The notes under the pieces are model-generated. The model worked only from the letters and a program-made list of their open reading frames with translations, searched no databases and was not told the origin of the DNA. This document shows, piece by piece, positions 25,103-36,335 of a DNA stretch of 64,000 nucleotides (positions are counted from its first letter, which is position 1; every line of letters begins with the position of its first letter). The position numbers were made by a program, and so were the translations under genes. Origin of the DNA: the human T2T-CHM13v2.0 reference genome, Homo sapiens; NCBI GenBank assembly GCA_009914755.4, contig CP086569.2:7104001-7168000 (forward strand), read 5' to 3'.

Positions 25103-25717
25103 TCATTGATTTTTTTGATTTTTTCTGTGTGTCTCTATCTCCTTCAGTTCTGCTCTGATCTTAGTTATTTCTTGCCTTCTGATAGCTTTTGAATTTCTTT
25201 GCTCTTGCTTCTCTAGTTCCTTTAATTGTGACATTAGGGTGTCAATTTTAGATCTTTCCTGCTTTCTCTTGTGGGCATTTAGTGCTGTAAATTTCCCTCT
25301 ACACACTGCTTTAAATGTGTCCCAGAGATTCTGGTACATTGCGCCTTTCTTCTCGTTGGTTTCAAAGAACATCTTTATTTCTGACTTCATTTTATTATGT
25401 ACCCAGTAGTCATTCAGGAGCAGGTTGTTCAGTTTCCATGTAGTTGAGTGGTTTTGAGCGAGTTTCTTACTCCTGAGTTCTAATTTGATTGCACTGTGGT
25501 CTGAGAGACAGTTTGTTGGGATTTCTGTTGTTTTACATTTGCTGAGGAGTGCTTTACTTCCAACTATGTGGTCAATTTTGGAAGAAATGTAATGTGGTGC
25601 TGAGAATAATGTATATTCTGTTGATTTGGGGTGGAGAGTTCTGTAGATGTCTATCAGGTCCACTTGGTACAGCGCTGAATTCAAGTCCTGGATATCCTTG
25701 TTAACCTTCTGTCTCAT
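25103..25717 (-). pseudogene. L1 ORF2 remnant (endonuclease C-terminal part and downstream region), 204-aa open segment
   Basis: Translation ...[42 protein letters not shown]...[12 protein letters not shown]... matches the L1 ORF2p consensus ([43 protein letters not shown]). Confidence 0.85.
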
Positions 25718-25952
25718 TGATCTGTCTAATATTGAAGTGGGTTATTAAAGTCTCCCGTTATTATTGTGTGACAGTCTATGTCTCTTTGTAAGTCTGTAAG
25801 GACTTGTTTTATGAACCTGGTTGCTCCTGTATTGGGTGCATATATACTTAGGATAGTTAGCTTTTCTTGTTGAATTGATCCCTTTACCATTATGTAATTG
25901 CCTTCTTTGTCTCTTTTGATCTTTGTTGGTTTAAAGTCTGTTTTATCAGAGA

Positions 25953-26183
25953 CTAGGACTGCAACCCCTGCTTTTTTTGTTTTCTATTTGCTTGGTAGAT
26001 CTTCCTCCATCCCTTTCTTTTGAGCCTGTGTGTATCTCTGCACGTAAGATGGTTTTCCTGAATACAGCATACTGATGGGTCTTGACTCTTGATCCAATTT
26101 GCCAGTCTGTGTCTTTTAATTGGAGCATTTAGCCTGGTTACATTTAAGGTTAATATTGTTATGTGTGAATTTGATCCTGTCAT
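25953..26183 (-). pseudogene. L1 ORF2 N-terminus (EN domain start) remnant
   Basis: MTGSNSHITILTLNVTRLNAPIKRHRLANWIKSQDPSVCCIQENHLTCRDTHRLKRKGWRKIYQANRKQKK vs consensus MTGSNSHITILTLNINGLNSAIKRHRLASWIKSQDPSVCCIQETHLTCKDTHRLKIKGWRKIYQANGKQKK. Confidence 0.9.
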
Positions 26184-27077
26184 TGTAATGTTAGCTGGTT
26201 ATTTTGCCCATTAATTGATGCAGTTTCTTCCTAGCATTTATGGTCTTTACAACTTGACATGTTTTTGCAGTGGCTGGTACTGGTTTTTCCTTTCCATGCT
26301 TAGTGCTTCCTTCAGGAGTTCTTGTAAGGCAGGCCTGGTAGTGACAAAATCTCTCAGCATTTGCTTGGCTTTAATGGCTTTAATGGATTTTATTTCTCTT
26401 TCACTTATGAAGGTTAGTTTGGCCGGATATGAAATTCTGGTTTGAAAATTCTTTTAAGAATGTTGAATATTGGCTCTTCTGGCTTGAAGAGTTTCTGCTG
26501 AGAGATCCACTGTTAGTCTGATGGGCTTCCTTTGTGGGTAACCCGACCATTCTCTCTGGCTGCCCTTAACAGTTTTTCCTTCATTTTAACCTTGGTGAAT
26601 CTGACAATTATGTGTATTGGGGTTGCTCTTCTCCAGGAGTATCTTTGTGGTGTTCTATGGATTTTCTGAATTTGAATGTTGGCCTGCCTTGCTAGGTAGA
26701 GGAAGTTCTCCTAGAAAATATCCTGCAGAGTGTTTTCCAACTTGGTTCCATTCTCCCCATCACTTTCAGGTACACCGATCAAATGTAGATTTGGTCTTTT
26801 CACATAGTCCCATATTTCTTAGAGGCTTTGTTCTTTCTTTTTACTCTTTTTTTCTGTAAACTTCTCTTCTCACTTCATTTCATTCATTTGATCTTCAATC
26901 ACTGATACCCTTTCTTCCACTTGATCAAATGGGCTGCTGAAGCTTGTTCATGCATCACGTCATTCTCGTGCCATGGTTTTCAGCTCCATCAGGTCATTTA
27001 CAGTCTTCTCTGCTGTTTATTCTAGTTAGCCATTCATCTCATCTTTTTTCAAGCTTTTTAGCTTCCTTGCAATGGGT

Positions 27078-27266
27078 TCAAACATCATCCTTTAGCTCAG
27101 AGAAGTTTGTTATTACTGACTTTCTGAAGCCTACTTCTGTCAACTCGTCAAAGTCATTCTCCGTCCAGCTTTGTTCCATTGCTGGTGAGCAGCTGCTATC
27201 CTTTGGAGGAGAAAAGGTACTCTGGTGTTTAGAGTTTTCAGCTTTTCTGCTCTGGTTTCTCCCCAT
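27078..27266 (-). pseudogene. L1 ORF1 N-terminus remnant
   Basis: MGRNQSRKAENSKHQSTFSPPKDSSCSPAMEQSWTENDFDELTEVGFRKS resembles L1 ORF1p MGKKQNRKTGNSKTQSASPPPKERSSSPATEQSWMENDFDELREEGFRRS. Confidence 0.85.
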
Positions 27267-28561
27267 CTTTGTGGTTTTATCTACCTTTGGTCTTTGATAA
27301 TGGTGACCTACAGATGGAGTTTTGGTGTGGTTGTCCTTTTTGTTGATGTTGATACTATTCCTTTCTGTTTGTTAGTTTTCCTTCTAACAGTCAGGTCCCT
27401 CAGCTGCAGGTCTGTTGGAGTTTGCTGGAGGTCCACTCCGACCCTGTTTGCTTGGGCGTCACCAGTGGAGCCTGCAGAACAGCAAATATTGCAGAACTCA
27501 AATATTGCTGCCTGATCCTTCCACTGGAAGCTTCGTCTTAGAGGAGGACCTGGCTATATGAGGTGTCAGTTGGCTCCTACTGGGAGTTGTCTCCCAGTTA
27601 GGCTACATGGGGGTCAGGGAACCACTTGAGGAGGCAGTCTGACCATTCTCATAGCTCAAACTACATGCTGGGAGAACCGTTGCTCACTTCAGAGCTGTCA
27701 GACAGGGACGTTTAAGTCTGTAGAAGTTTCTGCTGCCTTTTATTCAGCTATGCCCTGCCCCTAGAGGTGGAGTCTAGAGAGGCAGGCAGGCCTCATTGAG
27801 CTGCGGTGGGCTTCATCCAGTTCTAGCTTCCCAGCCACTTTGTTTACCTAGTCAAGTCTCAGCAATGGCAGACGCCCCTCCCCCACCCAGGATGCCGCCT
27901 TGCAGTTTGATCTCAGACTGCTACACTAGCAGTGAGCAAGGCTCCGTGGGTGTGGGACCCACTGAGCCAGGCACGAGGTATAATATCCTGGTGTGCTGTT
28001 TGCTGTGACCATTGGAAAAGCACAGTATTAGGGTGGGAGTGTCCCGATTTTCCAGGTACAGTCTGTCACAGCTTCCCTTGGCTAGGAAAAGGAAATCCCC
28101 CGACCCCTTGTGCTTCCCAGGTGAGGCAATACCCTGATCTGCTTTGGCTCACCCTCGATGGGCTGCACCCACTGTCCAACGAGTCCCAGTAAGATGAACC
28201 AAGTACCTCAATTGGAAATGCAGAAATCACCCGCCTTCTGCGTCGATCACACTAGGAGCTGCAGACCGGAGATGTTGCCATTTGGCCATCTTGGAACAGA
28301 CCCAAAAAATATATTTGAATAATATGAAACTCAGTGATTTCCTTGATTCTCAACTTCCAGTAGCAATTAAAAGAAGCCCCTGTGGTCTCCAGAAGAAGCC
28401 TGGAGTTCAGATAATTTGCAGTTACTAAAAAGGTATGTGATTAGGCAGACACGAACTTGGATTTCCTGGTGGAAATTAGGTCTTAGTTACAGTAGATTCT
28501 GCACTCTGCACTGTGTTTCTGTCTGCATGAATATATCCTTGTTCATAATGATGACTGTTTT

Positions 28562-29800
28562 GTTATTATACTTTAAGTTCTAGGGTACATGTGCACAACA
28601 TGCAGGTTTGTTACATAGGTATCCATGTGCTATGTTGGTTTGCAGCACCCGTCAGTCCATTATTTACATTAAGTATTTCTCCTAATGCTATCCTTTCCCT
28701 AGCCTTCCACCCCATAACAGGCCCCAGTGTGTGATGTTCCTGTTCCTGTGTCCATGTCTTCTCATTGTTCAACTCCCACTTATGAGTGAGAACATATGGT
28801 GTTTGTTTTTCTATTCTTGTATTGGTTTGCTAAGGATGGTTTCCAGCTTCATCCATGTCCCTGCAAAGGACATGGATGCATCCTTTTTAATGGTGCCATA
28901 GTATTCCATGGTGTATATGTGCCACATTTTCTTTAACCAGTCTATCATTGATGGGCATTTAGGTTGGTTCCAAGTCTTTGCTATTGTGAATAGTGCCACA
29001 ATAAACATATGTGTGCATGAGTCTTTATAGTAGCATGATTTATAATCCTTTAGGTGTCTATCCAATAATGAGATTGCTGGGTCAAATGGTATTTCTAGTT
29101 CTAGATCCTTGAGGAATCACCTCACTATTTTCCACAATGGTTGAACTAATTTAGACTCTCACCAACAGTCTAAAAGTGTTTCTATTTCTCCACATCCTCT
29201 CCAGCACCTGTTGTTTCCTGACTATTTAATGATTGCCATGCTAACTGGCATAAGATGGATCTGATTTTGGTTTTGATTTGCATTTCTTTAATGACCAGTG
29301 ATGATGAGCTTTTTTTCATATGTTTGTTGGCTGCATAAATGTCTTCTTTTGAGAAGTGTCTGCTCATATCCTTCACCCACTTTCTGATGGGGTTGTTTGT
29401 TTTCTTCCTGTAAATCCATTTAAGCTCTTTGTAGATTCTGGATATTAGCCCTTTGTCAGACGGATAGCTTGCAAAATTTTATCCTATTCTGTAGGTTCCC
29501 TGCTCACTCTGGTGATAGTTTCTTTGGCTGTGCAGAAGCTCTTTAGTTTAATCACATCCCATTTATCAATTTTGGCTTTTGTTTTCATTGCTTTTGGTGT
29601 TTTAGTCATGAAGTCTTTGCCCATGCCTATGTCCTGAATGATATTGCTTAGATTTTCTTCTAGGGTTTTTATGCTTTTAATTCTTTAATTAAATTGTTCT
29701 TTTAATTCTTTAATTAATCCATGCTTTTAATTCTTTAATCCAGTTAATATTTGTGTAAGCTGTAAGGAAGGGATCCAGTTTCAGCTTTCTGCATATGGTT
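28562..29800 (-). mobile_element. second L1 (L1P) 3'-terminal fragment (~1.2 kb), 5'-truncated, about 270 bp from the 5' UTR end of the full-length L1
   Basis: ttattatactttaagttctagggtacatgtgcacaacatgcaggtttgttacataggtatccatgtgctatgttggtttgcagcacccgtcagtcc...tatcctttccc, then an ORF2 C-terminal region in reverse complement (ORF 28811-29065 translates ...KDYKSCYYKDSCTHMFIVALFTIAKTWNQPKCPSMIDWLKKMWHIYTMEYY). Confidence 0.85.
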
Positions 29801-30002
29801 TTTCCACGTACTTTTAAGATTATAGTACCCGCTGAGTTTCAGAGGACAAGGAAAAGAGCAAGTTGTGCATGCATCCAACTATAGGAATGCTTTAAACATT
29901 TTACTATCTAAAACATTCTTATTTTGCTTTCCCTAAAGTTTCCCCAGCTATCATCAACCAAAAAATCACTTCTCTCTTCTACTTAAATTTCTTTATTTTT
30001 AC

Positions 30003-30292
30003 TTTAGGAGACAGGATCTTGCTTGTTGCCCAGGCAGGGGTGCAGTGGCACCATCATAACTCACTTTAGCCTTGACTTCCCTGGGCTCAAGTGATCCTCC
30101 CACTTCAGCCTCCCAAGTAGCTGGGATTACAGGTGTGTTGCAGCATGCTGAATATTTTATTTTATTTTATTTTGAGATGGGGTCTCACTGTGTTGTGCAG
30201 GTTGGTGCTGAACTCCTGTCTTAAATCAATCCTCTCTCATTAGCCTCCCAAAGCACTGGGATTATAGCTGTAGGCCACCATGCCCAGCTTTT
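30003..30292 (-). mobile_element. Alu (old, AluJ-like)
   Basis: gagacaggatcttgcttgttgcccaggcaggggtgcagtggcaccatcataactcactttagccttgacttccctgggctcaagtgatcctcccacttcagcctcccaagtagctgggattacaggtgtg...ttttgagatggggtctcactgtgttgtgcaggttggtgctgaactcctg...cctcccaaagcactgggattatagctgtaggccaccatgcccagc. Confidence 0.8.
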
Positions 30293-30998
30293 CTTACATT
30301 TACATTTCTAAACACTCATATATTCCAAATGTGACAGCTAGGCAGACACGCATACGTGCACATATTTATATGCCGTCATCACCCACAACCTCTCACCTCA
30401 CTCCACAATTATTTCTCAATGTGTAGCCTCTTCATAAAATATTCAGGAAAGGGCACTTACCCAACTCACTCTTTTGGAAATGTTCTGTAAGTGTTAGAAA
30501 GCATGCCTTGCCATTACCCATTCTTTCAGGCTCAGCTCACAAAATCCCCTCATCTCCTGTAAGAACCTGCCGTAGACTCACCCTACTGGCAGATGCTGCT
30601 TTTCTGTGTTCCTATGGTATGCTGGCTCAAACTTCACATATGCCACTTCTATTATGAAACACAATGATGTCTATGAACCATGGAACCATTTGCAGAAGGA
30701 ATTCTTGGGAGTCATTCTACATGTCCTGGGGTCTGAGAAAATGGCAGCTCGACCAGTGTCTGATACTTTCAATGGCAGAATCGTTAACAGTAACTCAGTC
30801 ACAGGGCATGCAAGTTGGACTGTAAACACCTTCAGCCATCTGGTGATACATAATGTCCTCCTTGGCTCCTTGACCTGGGGATGATGGAATACCACTTGCT
30901 TTCTGAGAACAAATGGGCTCAAGTGGCAACAAGAGCACACCCAGGCAATATGTGAAAGATTTTCACAGTGGTTGACAAAGAGAATAAAAGCAAGATGA

Positions 30999-31178
30999 GG
31001 CCTAGGGCAATGGGTCATGCCTGTAATCACAGCACTTTGGGAGGCCAAGGCAGGAGGATCATTTGAAGCAGGGGTTCAAGGCCAGCCTGGGCAACATAGC
31101 AAGAGCCTTGTTTCTACAAATAATACAAAAAATTAGCTGGGCGTGGTGGTGTGTGCCTATAGTCACAGCTAGTCAGGA
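30999..31178 (+). mobile_element. Alu, 3'-truncated (about 180 bp)
   Basis: ggcctagggcaatgggtcatgcctgtaatcacagcactttgggaggccaaggcaggaggatcatttgaagcaggggttcaaggccagcctgggcaacatagcaagagccttgtttctacaaataatacaaaaaattagctgggcgtggtggtgtgtgcctatagtcacagctagtcaggag. Confidence 0.8.
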
Positions 31179-31397
31179 GAAATTCATTTGAATGCATTTC
31201 TCTCTTTAGAGAAACAATGTTATGTGACTCCACTTTATGCCTCATAACCTGCATGGTGGAACACAATACTGCAGAAAGCGTGAAGTATATTTTTTATTAA
31301 TTTTAGAAACTCAATAAGATGTAGCTTGTTTTCTGGAACACTGATGACTTAAACACTGGAGAGTTGCAAGTAAACAGAATAATATTATTTTCATTGG

Positions 31398-31826
31398 ACC
31401 TAAATGTCCATCAATGGATGATTGGATAAAGAAAATGTGGCAGTCCATGTATACCACAGAATACTACGCAGTCATGAAAAAGAATGAAACCATGTCTTTT
31501 GCAACAACATGGATGGAACCAGAGGTCATTGTCTTTAGTGAAATAACTCAGAAATAGAAAGAAAATACCATATGTTCTCACATATAAGTGGGAGCTAAGT
31601 AATGTGTACACATGGACATAGAGAGTGGAATAATATACATTGGAGATTTGGAGGGGTGGGAGAGTGAAAGTGGGTGAGATGAGAAATTACTTAGTGAGTA
31701 CGATGTACATCATTCAGGTAATGGGTACACTAAAAGCCCTCACTTCACCAGCATGCAATATATCTATGTAAGAAAACTGCACTTGTACACCTTAAATACA
31801 TTTTAAAAATTTAAAAATCAAAAAAG
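31398..31826 (+). mobile_element. L1 3'-terminal fragment (older L1PB/L1MA-type)
   Basis: cctaaatgtccatcaatggatgattggataaagaaaatgtggcagtccatgtataccacagaatactacgcagtcatgaaaaagaatgaaaccatgtcttttgcaacaacatggatggaaccagaggtcattgtctttagtgaaataactcagaaatagaaagaaaataccatatgttctcacatataagtgggagctaa... ending in an A-rich tail. Confidence 0.8.
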
Positions 31827-34484
31827 AACAGTGTTTTCTTCATTGGGTGGTGGAAAGATGCCAGCCAGGTTGCTCTGCTCAGGGAAGTTCCAGAAAGCAG
31901 AAGACAGGAAGAGGTTGTTGGGATGTCTGTATGAAATGACTCTCCAGGTGGGCAGATAGAAAATTTCAATTTTTGGAATTGTTCTTTTCTGATGGTCAGG
32001 TTCTGATGGGCATGGATGAAATTTGTGCAAATTTCTGTACAACTGATATAATGCTCTCAAACCTGAACATGCTCTCAAATGAGTCTGATGCAGTAAGTCC
32101 TGAGCAGGACCTGGGAAATTCAATTTCTAGCTGCACCCCTGGTGAAGTGGGTGTTGCTGCCCAACCTTTTGAATGGCAAGTTCCTGTAGATCTGGTGCAT
32201 TGTTAAACATCATACCTCTAGCCATCTGTGGCTAATTAAATTCAAATTTAAAGGACTTAAAGTACAATAGAATTAAGAATTCACTTCCATATATACATCT
32301 AGTATGTACCCACAAAAGTTAAAATTAAAAATTAAAGAAAAGAATTCACTTCTTTGGTCACAGTAGATGCATTTCAGTGCTCAGTAGTCCCAAATGGCTA
32401 CAGGCTACCTCTTGGCAGCCCAGGATAGAACATTTCCATTATTACAGAAAATTATATGAGACATTGCTAATGTAGAGACTGGTTATCACCCAGGAACATT
32501 CAATGACAAAGTAGTAAAAGTAATTTTAATATTTGGAATTCACCTTTTTTTTTGCCTATCAGGTTCTGATTTCTATAAATTTCTGTGCAAGTTGTATAAC
32601 ACTTTTCAAAATCAGGGCACAAATATACATCCTTCATTACATGCAGCTCTGTGAATATTCTTAAAAGCCTTGAAATAAAAGAAACTTTAAATTCTAAACA
32701 ATTCCTAAAATTGCCTTATTTCGGAACACATTTGTGTATGTATGCTCATATTCTATATGCACGATAGCTATAAAAGTCTACAAATATTTATGTGCATGTA
32801 CTCAACATATTTTCATCCTTTCTTACAATTATTTTTACAGTCCTTCGATGAACAAAGGCCAAAAACCTCAGGGCTTTTCAGCAGAGGAACTATGACAGCT
32901 GAGTAACCCGGTGGCAATTTGGTCAATCACATTAGAAATCAGAAGTGCATGTTGCCACCAGAGAACGCTGTTATTTTAGATGCACAAGGTTGATCCAATT
33001 CAGAATTCTGGAGTAATGCTCACCTATACAAAAAAGGCACCTCAGGATTTTATTGGCTGAACACAATAGTAGTTTGTTTTTCCTACTTTACTAGCCCTTT
33101 GCAAGTGTTTTCACTTGGGTAGATTTTCTCCAAGTGGTGAGTGAGAGACTCAGGTTTATTGCCAAATTGGTACTCTGCCATCTCCAACACCTGCCTTGCA
33201 AGGTATCCCTGTTTTTGTTTGTTGATTTTTTTGGCCACTGTTTCAGTTTTATCAACTCCAAGGAAAAAGCTCATGGAAGCTCACCCGTGGGAGATTTCCA
33301 TGGGACACACGCTTATACTCACATTTCCTTGGCCAGAACTCAACCAAACAGACACTGAATTCCAGGAGCAGATGGAAAATGTGGTCAGGCTCTAAAGAGG
33401 GAAAAACTGGTTTGGTGTCAGCGAGCAGCATGTAATTATGGCTAAATCTATCTGCTAATGTACATGTCAAACAATGAGAACATTCACCCACTGCTGCTGG
33501 GACCATAAATCAGTACAACCATATTGGAGATCCCTTTGGCACCATCCGTTAAATCAGAACACGACCCACCAATTCCCCTCACTGATATACACTTTAGAGG
33601 AACTCTTGCATACTCTTGTACATACATAAGCATGCCCTTAGCAGTAATGTTTGTAACAGTAAAACCCTGCAACAACTCAGATGTTCACCGTCAGGGGGAT
33701 GGATCTATAAAGTGTGAAATAGTTACATAGTGAAAGATTGTACAAAGGCAAAATGAATAAACTAAATCTATGTGCAGAGTCATGGCTGAATGTCAGAAAT
33801 TCCAAATTGTTGGAAGGGAAAAAAAATACACACTATGCAGTGTGCTCCCAGTGGATATGATTCAAATGCTAGCCTAAGTAAACCATAATATATTGATTAG
33901 GAAAACAGAGCTCTTAGGCAAAATTGTTATGTTTTTATTACACAAAAAATTCAGGAACATATTTAACTTTGACTGTGGGATTTTCAAGGCAGTAGAGAAA
34001 CAAGCCTTGAAAGCAGCAATGAATGAGAAATATTCTCCATTTTTTATGTGGGTGGTTGGATCCACGCTTATTTTATTGGCTTGCTTCTTAACATGCTTTG
34101 CATATTCATCCTTTCACACCACTGCATATTTTCCTTTAAACATACCCAACACTTCACACAGAAAATAAATTAGTTTTTGGTGCAGCGAATCTTTCCTACA
34201 GTTTCCTATCTCCAGTGATTCTTTAGCCTTTAATGGATCTTGCTGACCTAAGAGTGGATTCTCTATGACTGCACTATGCTGTCACCACCATTTTCTGCTT
34301 TTATGCCTCAAAGGGTGGAGACCTCATTCAAACTAAGTCAGTAAGATGGGCCCTGCAAGGAAGAGGCAATTGGAACTTTTTCAGACTAATTGCTTTCAAT
34401 CCCAATTTGATCCCTCTCCCCTCACTGCTATTTTCTTTAAAATCCTGTCTCCTTGGTACTCCCTTAAGACTAAGAAAACATGTA

Positions 34485-34850
34485 TGAACCCGGAGGACAT
34501 CATGCCAAGTGAAATAAGCCAGGCACAGAAAAACACCCTATGATCTCACTTATTTGTGGAATCTAAAAAAATCAAACTCACGGAAACACAGTAGAACAGT
34601 GGTTCCCAGGGGCTTCAGGGTTGGAGATTGGGAAGATGTTGATCAAAGAGTACAAAGTTTTAGTTAGAGAGGAGGAATAATTCTTAGGGATGTATTCTAC
34701 ATCATGGTGACCATAGTTAATACTAAGGTAACATATATTTCAAAGTGGCTAAGAGACTGGATTTTAAATGTTTTCATCACACATACAGAAATAATAAGTA
34801 GCTGATGTGATGAATATAGCAATAGCCCAATTTAATCATTCCACAAGGCA
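34485..34850 (+). mobile_element. old L1 (L1M/L1P-type) 3' end, part 1
   Basis: ggacatcatgccaagtgaaataagccaggcacagaaaaacac...ggaaacacagtagaacagtggttcccaggggcttcagggttggagattgggaagatgttgatcaaagagtacaaagttttagttagagaggaggaataattc... matches old L1 3' UTR (ggacattatgctaagtgaaataagccag...gtagaatggtggttgccaggggctgggg). Confidence 0.75.
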
Positions 34851-35149
34851 AGGCAAGGTGGCTCATGCCTCTAATCTGAGCACTTTGGGAGGCCAAGGTG
34901 GGCAGACCACTTGAGGTCAGGAGTTCAAGAGCAGCCTGGCCAACATGGTGAAACCCTGTCTCTACTAAAAACACAAAAATTGGCGAGGCTTGGTGATGCA
35001 CACCTGTAATCCCAGCTACCTGGGAGGCTGGGACAGGAGAATAGCTTGAACTTGTGATGCAGAGATTGCAGTTAGCCAAGATCCCACCACTGCAGTCTAG
35101 CCTGGGCAACAGAGCAAGACTCTGTCTCAAAAAAAAGCAACCAAAAATC
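34851..35149 (+). mobile_element. Alu (AluS-like) inserted at an L1 3'-end junction
   Basis: aggcaaggtggctcatgcctctaatctgagcactttgggaggccaaggtgggcagaccacttgaggtcaggagttcaagagcagcctggccaacatggtgaaaccctgtctctactaaaaacacaaaaattgg...gcaagactctgtctcaaaaaaaagcaaccaaaaat. Confidence 0.9.
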
Positions 35150-35345
35150 AAAGTGGCTAAGAGAGTGGATTTCAAATGTTCTCACCTCACACACAAAACT
35201 AGTAAGTAAGTGAACGGATGAATATGACAATTATCTCAATTTAATCCATCCACAAGGTATGCATATATGAAAATATTACACTGTCCTCCATACATACATA
35301 CATACATTGATTATTTGTAAATTAAAAATTAAATTTATCTGGGTG
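35150..35345 (+). mobile_element. old L1 3' end, part 2. Its first ~110 bp repeat (about 80% identity) the sequence at 34740-34850
   Basis: caaagtggctaagagagtggatttcaaatgttctcacctcacacacaaaactagtaagtaagtgaacggatgaatatgacaattatctcaatttaatccatccacaaggtatgcatatatgaaaatattacactg vs 34740 atttcaaagtggctaagagactggattttaaatgttttcatcacacatacagaaataataagtagctgatgtgatgaatatagcaatagcccaatttaatcattccacaaggca. Confidence 0.7.
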
Positions 35346-35487
35346 CATTAAATTTTACGGTTCACTTTTGCTCACTTTTGAATCACAGTTATTGCTAACA
35401 TAGCACATAGTCTCCTATATCTTTTTTTCTACCAATTTTGAATTTCTAAGTTTCACTCATAATACTGCCTATAGATTTAGTTACTAG

Positions 35488-35968
35488 GTCTGGAGACCCA
35501 GGAGGGCTGATGGTGTGAGTTCCAGTCTGAAGGCCTAAGACCCTGGAGAGCTGAGGGTGTGAGTTCCAGTCTGAGTCTGAAGGCCTGAGACCCAGGAGAG
35601 GCAAGTGTGTGAGTTCCTGACTGAGTCTGAAGTCCTGAGACCCGCGAGAACTGAGGATGTGAGTTTCAGTCTGAGTCTGAAGACCTGTGACCCAGGCTAG
35701 CCAATGGTGTGAGTTGCAGTCTGAGTCTGAAGGCCTGAGACAGAGGAAAGCCAAGGGTATGAGTTCCAGTCTGAGTCTGAAACCTGTGACCCAGGAGAGC
35801 CAATGGTGTAAGTTCCATTGTGATAGCCTGAGACCTAAGAGAGCTGATGGTGTAAGTTCTTGTGTGATGGCCTGAGACTGAGAAGAGCTGATGATATGAG
35901 TTCCAGTCTGAGTCTGAAGTCCTGAGACCCAGGAGAGACAACGGTGAGAGTTCCAGTCTGAGTCCAGT
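35488..35968. repeat. minisatellite, ~54-bp unit x ~9 (gtgtgagttccagtctgagtctgaaggcctgagacccaggagagc(t/c)aa(g/t)g)
   Basis: Nine consecutive units with about 80-90% inter-unit identity visible by eye. Produces the 185-aa and 91-aa minus-strand pseudo-ORFs. Confidence 0.9.
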
Positions 35969-36094
35969 GTGGAGTTAGGAGTAAAACTATTGTCCCACCT
36001 CAAAGACAGGCAGAGAGAGCAAAATCTTTCTTACTCCATTTTTTTCTTGCTCTATGTGCACCCTCATAACAGAGGATAATCCTTTTTCATATAA

Positions 36095-36335
36095 TGACAT
36101 CTTTTTCTTTGGATAGATACCCAGGAGTGGGATTGCTGGATCTAATGGTAGTTCTACTTTTAGTTCTTTAAGGAATCTCCACACTGTTTTCCATAGTGGC
36201 CAAGAAGCTTTTCTGTTTTCTTGTCTTTCCTCCCTGTTCCCTAATGACACCACCATTGAGCCAATTACTCTGTTACCCACATAAGAGAAGACAATCCACT
36301 CTACTAAGTCTACTGATTTATTCGTTAATCTCAAC
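36095..36335 (-). mobile_element. old L1 (L1M-type) ORF2 3'-region fragment, reverse orientation
   Basis: ggatagatacccaggagtgggattgctggatctaatggtagttctacttttagttctttaaggaatctccacactgttttccatagtggc is the reverse complement of the L1 ORF2 C-terminal region (ORF 35987-36337 translates ...[30 protein letters not shown]...). Confidence 0.7.

Noticed and set aside
25103-26183. 204-aa and 76-aa ORFs that look like a reverse transcriptase or endonuclease gene
   Set aside because: They are pieces of L1 ORF2 inside a frameshifted L1PA copy. This is a retroelement remnant, not a host gene or a novel system.
31975-32620. Two ~80-bp similar segments in direct orientation about 550 bp apart (31975-32060 and 32525-32620)
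   Set aside because: Similarity is only about 75-80% and I could not define element termini or TSDs. It is possibly an eroded ancient repeat or chance low-complexity similarity, not enough to call a feature.
35446-36003. 185-aa minus-strand ORF
   Set aside because: It spans the 54-bp minisatellite exactly. The protein is a repeat of the same 18-aa unit, an artefact of the tandem array.
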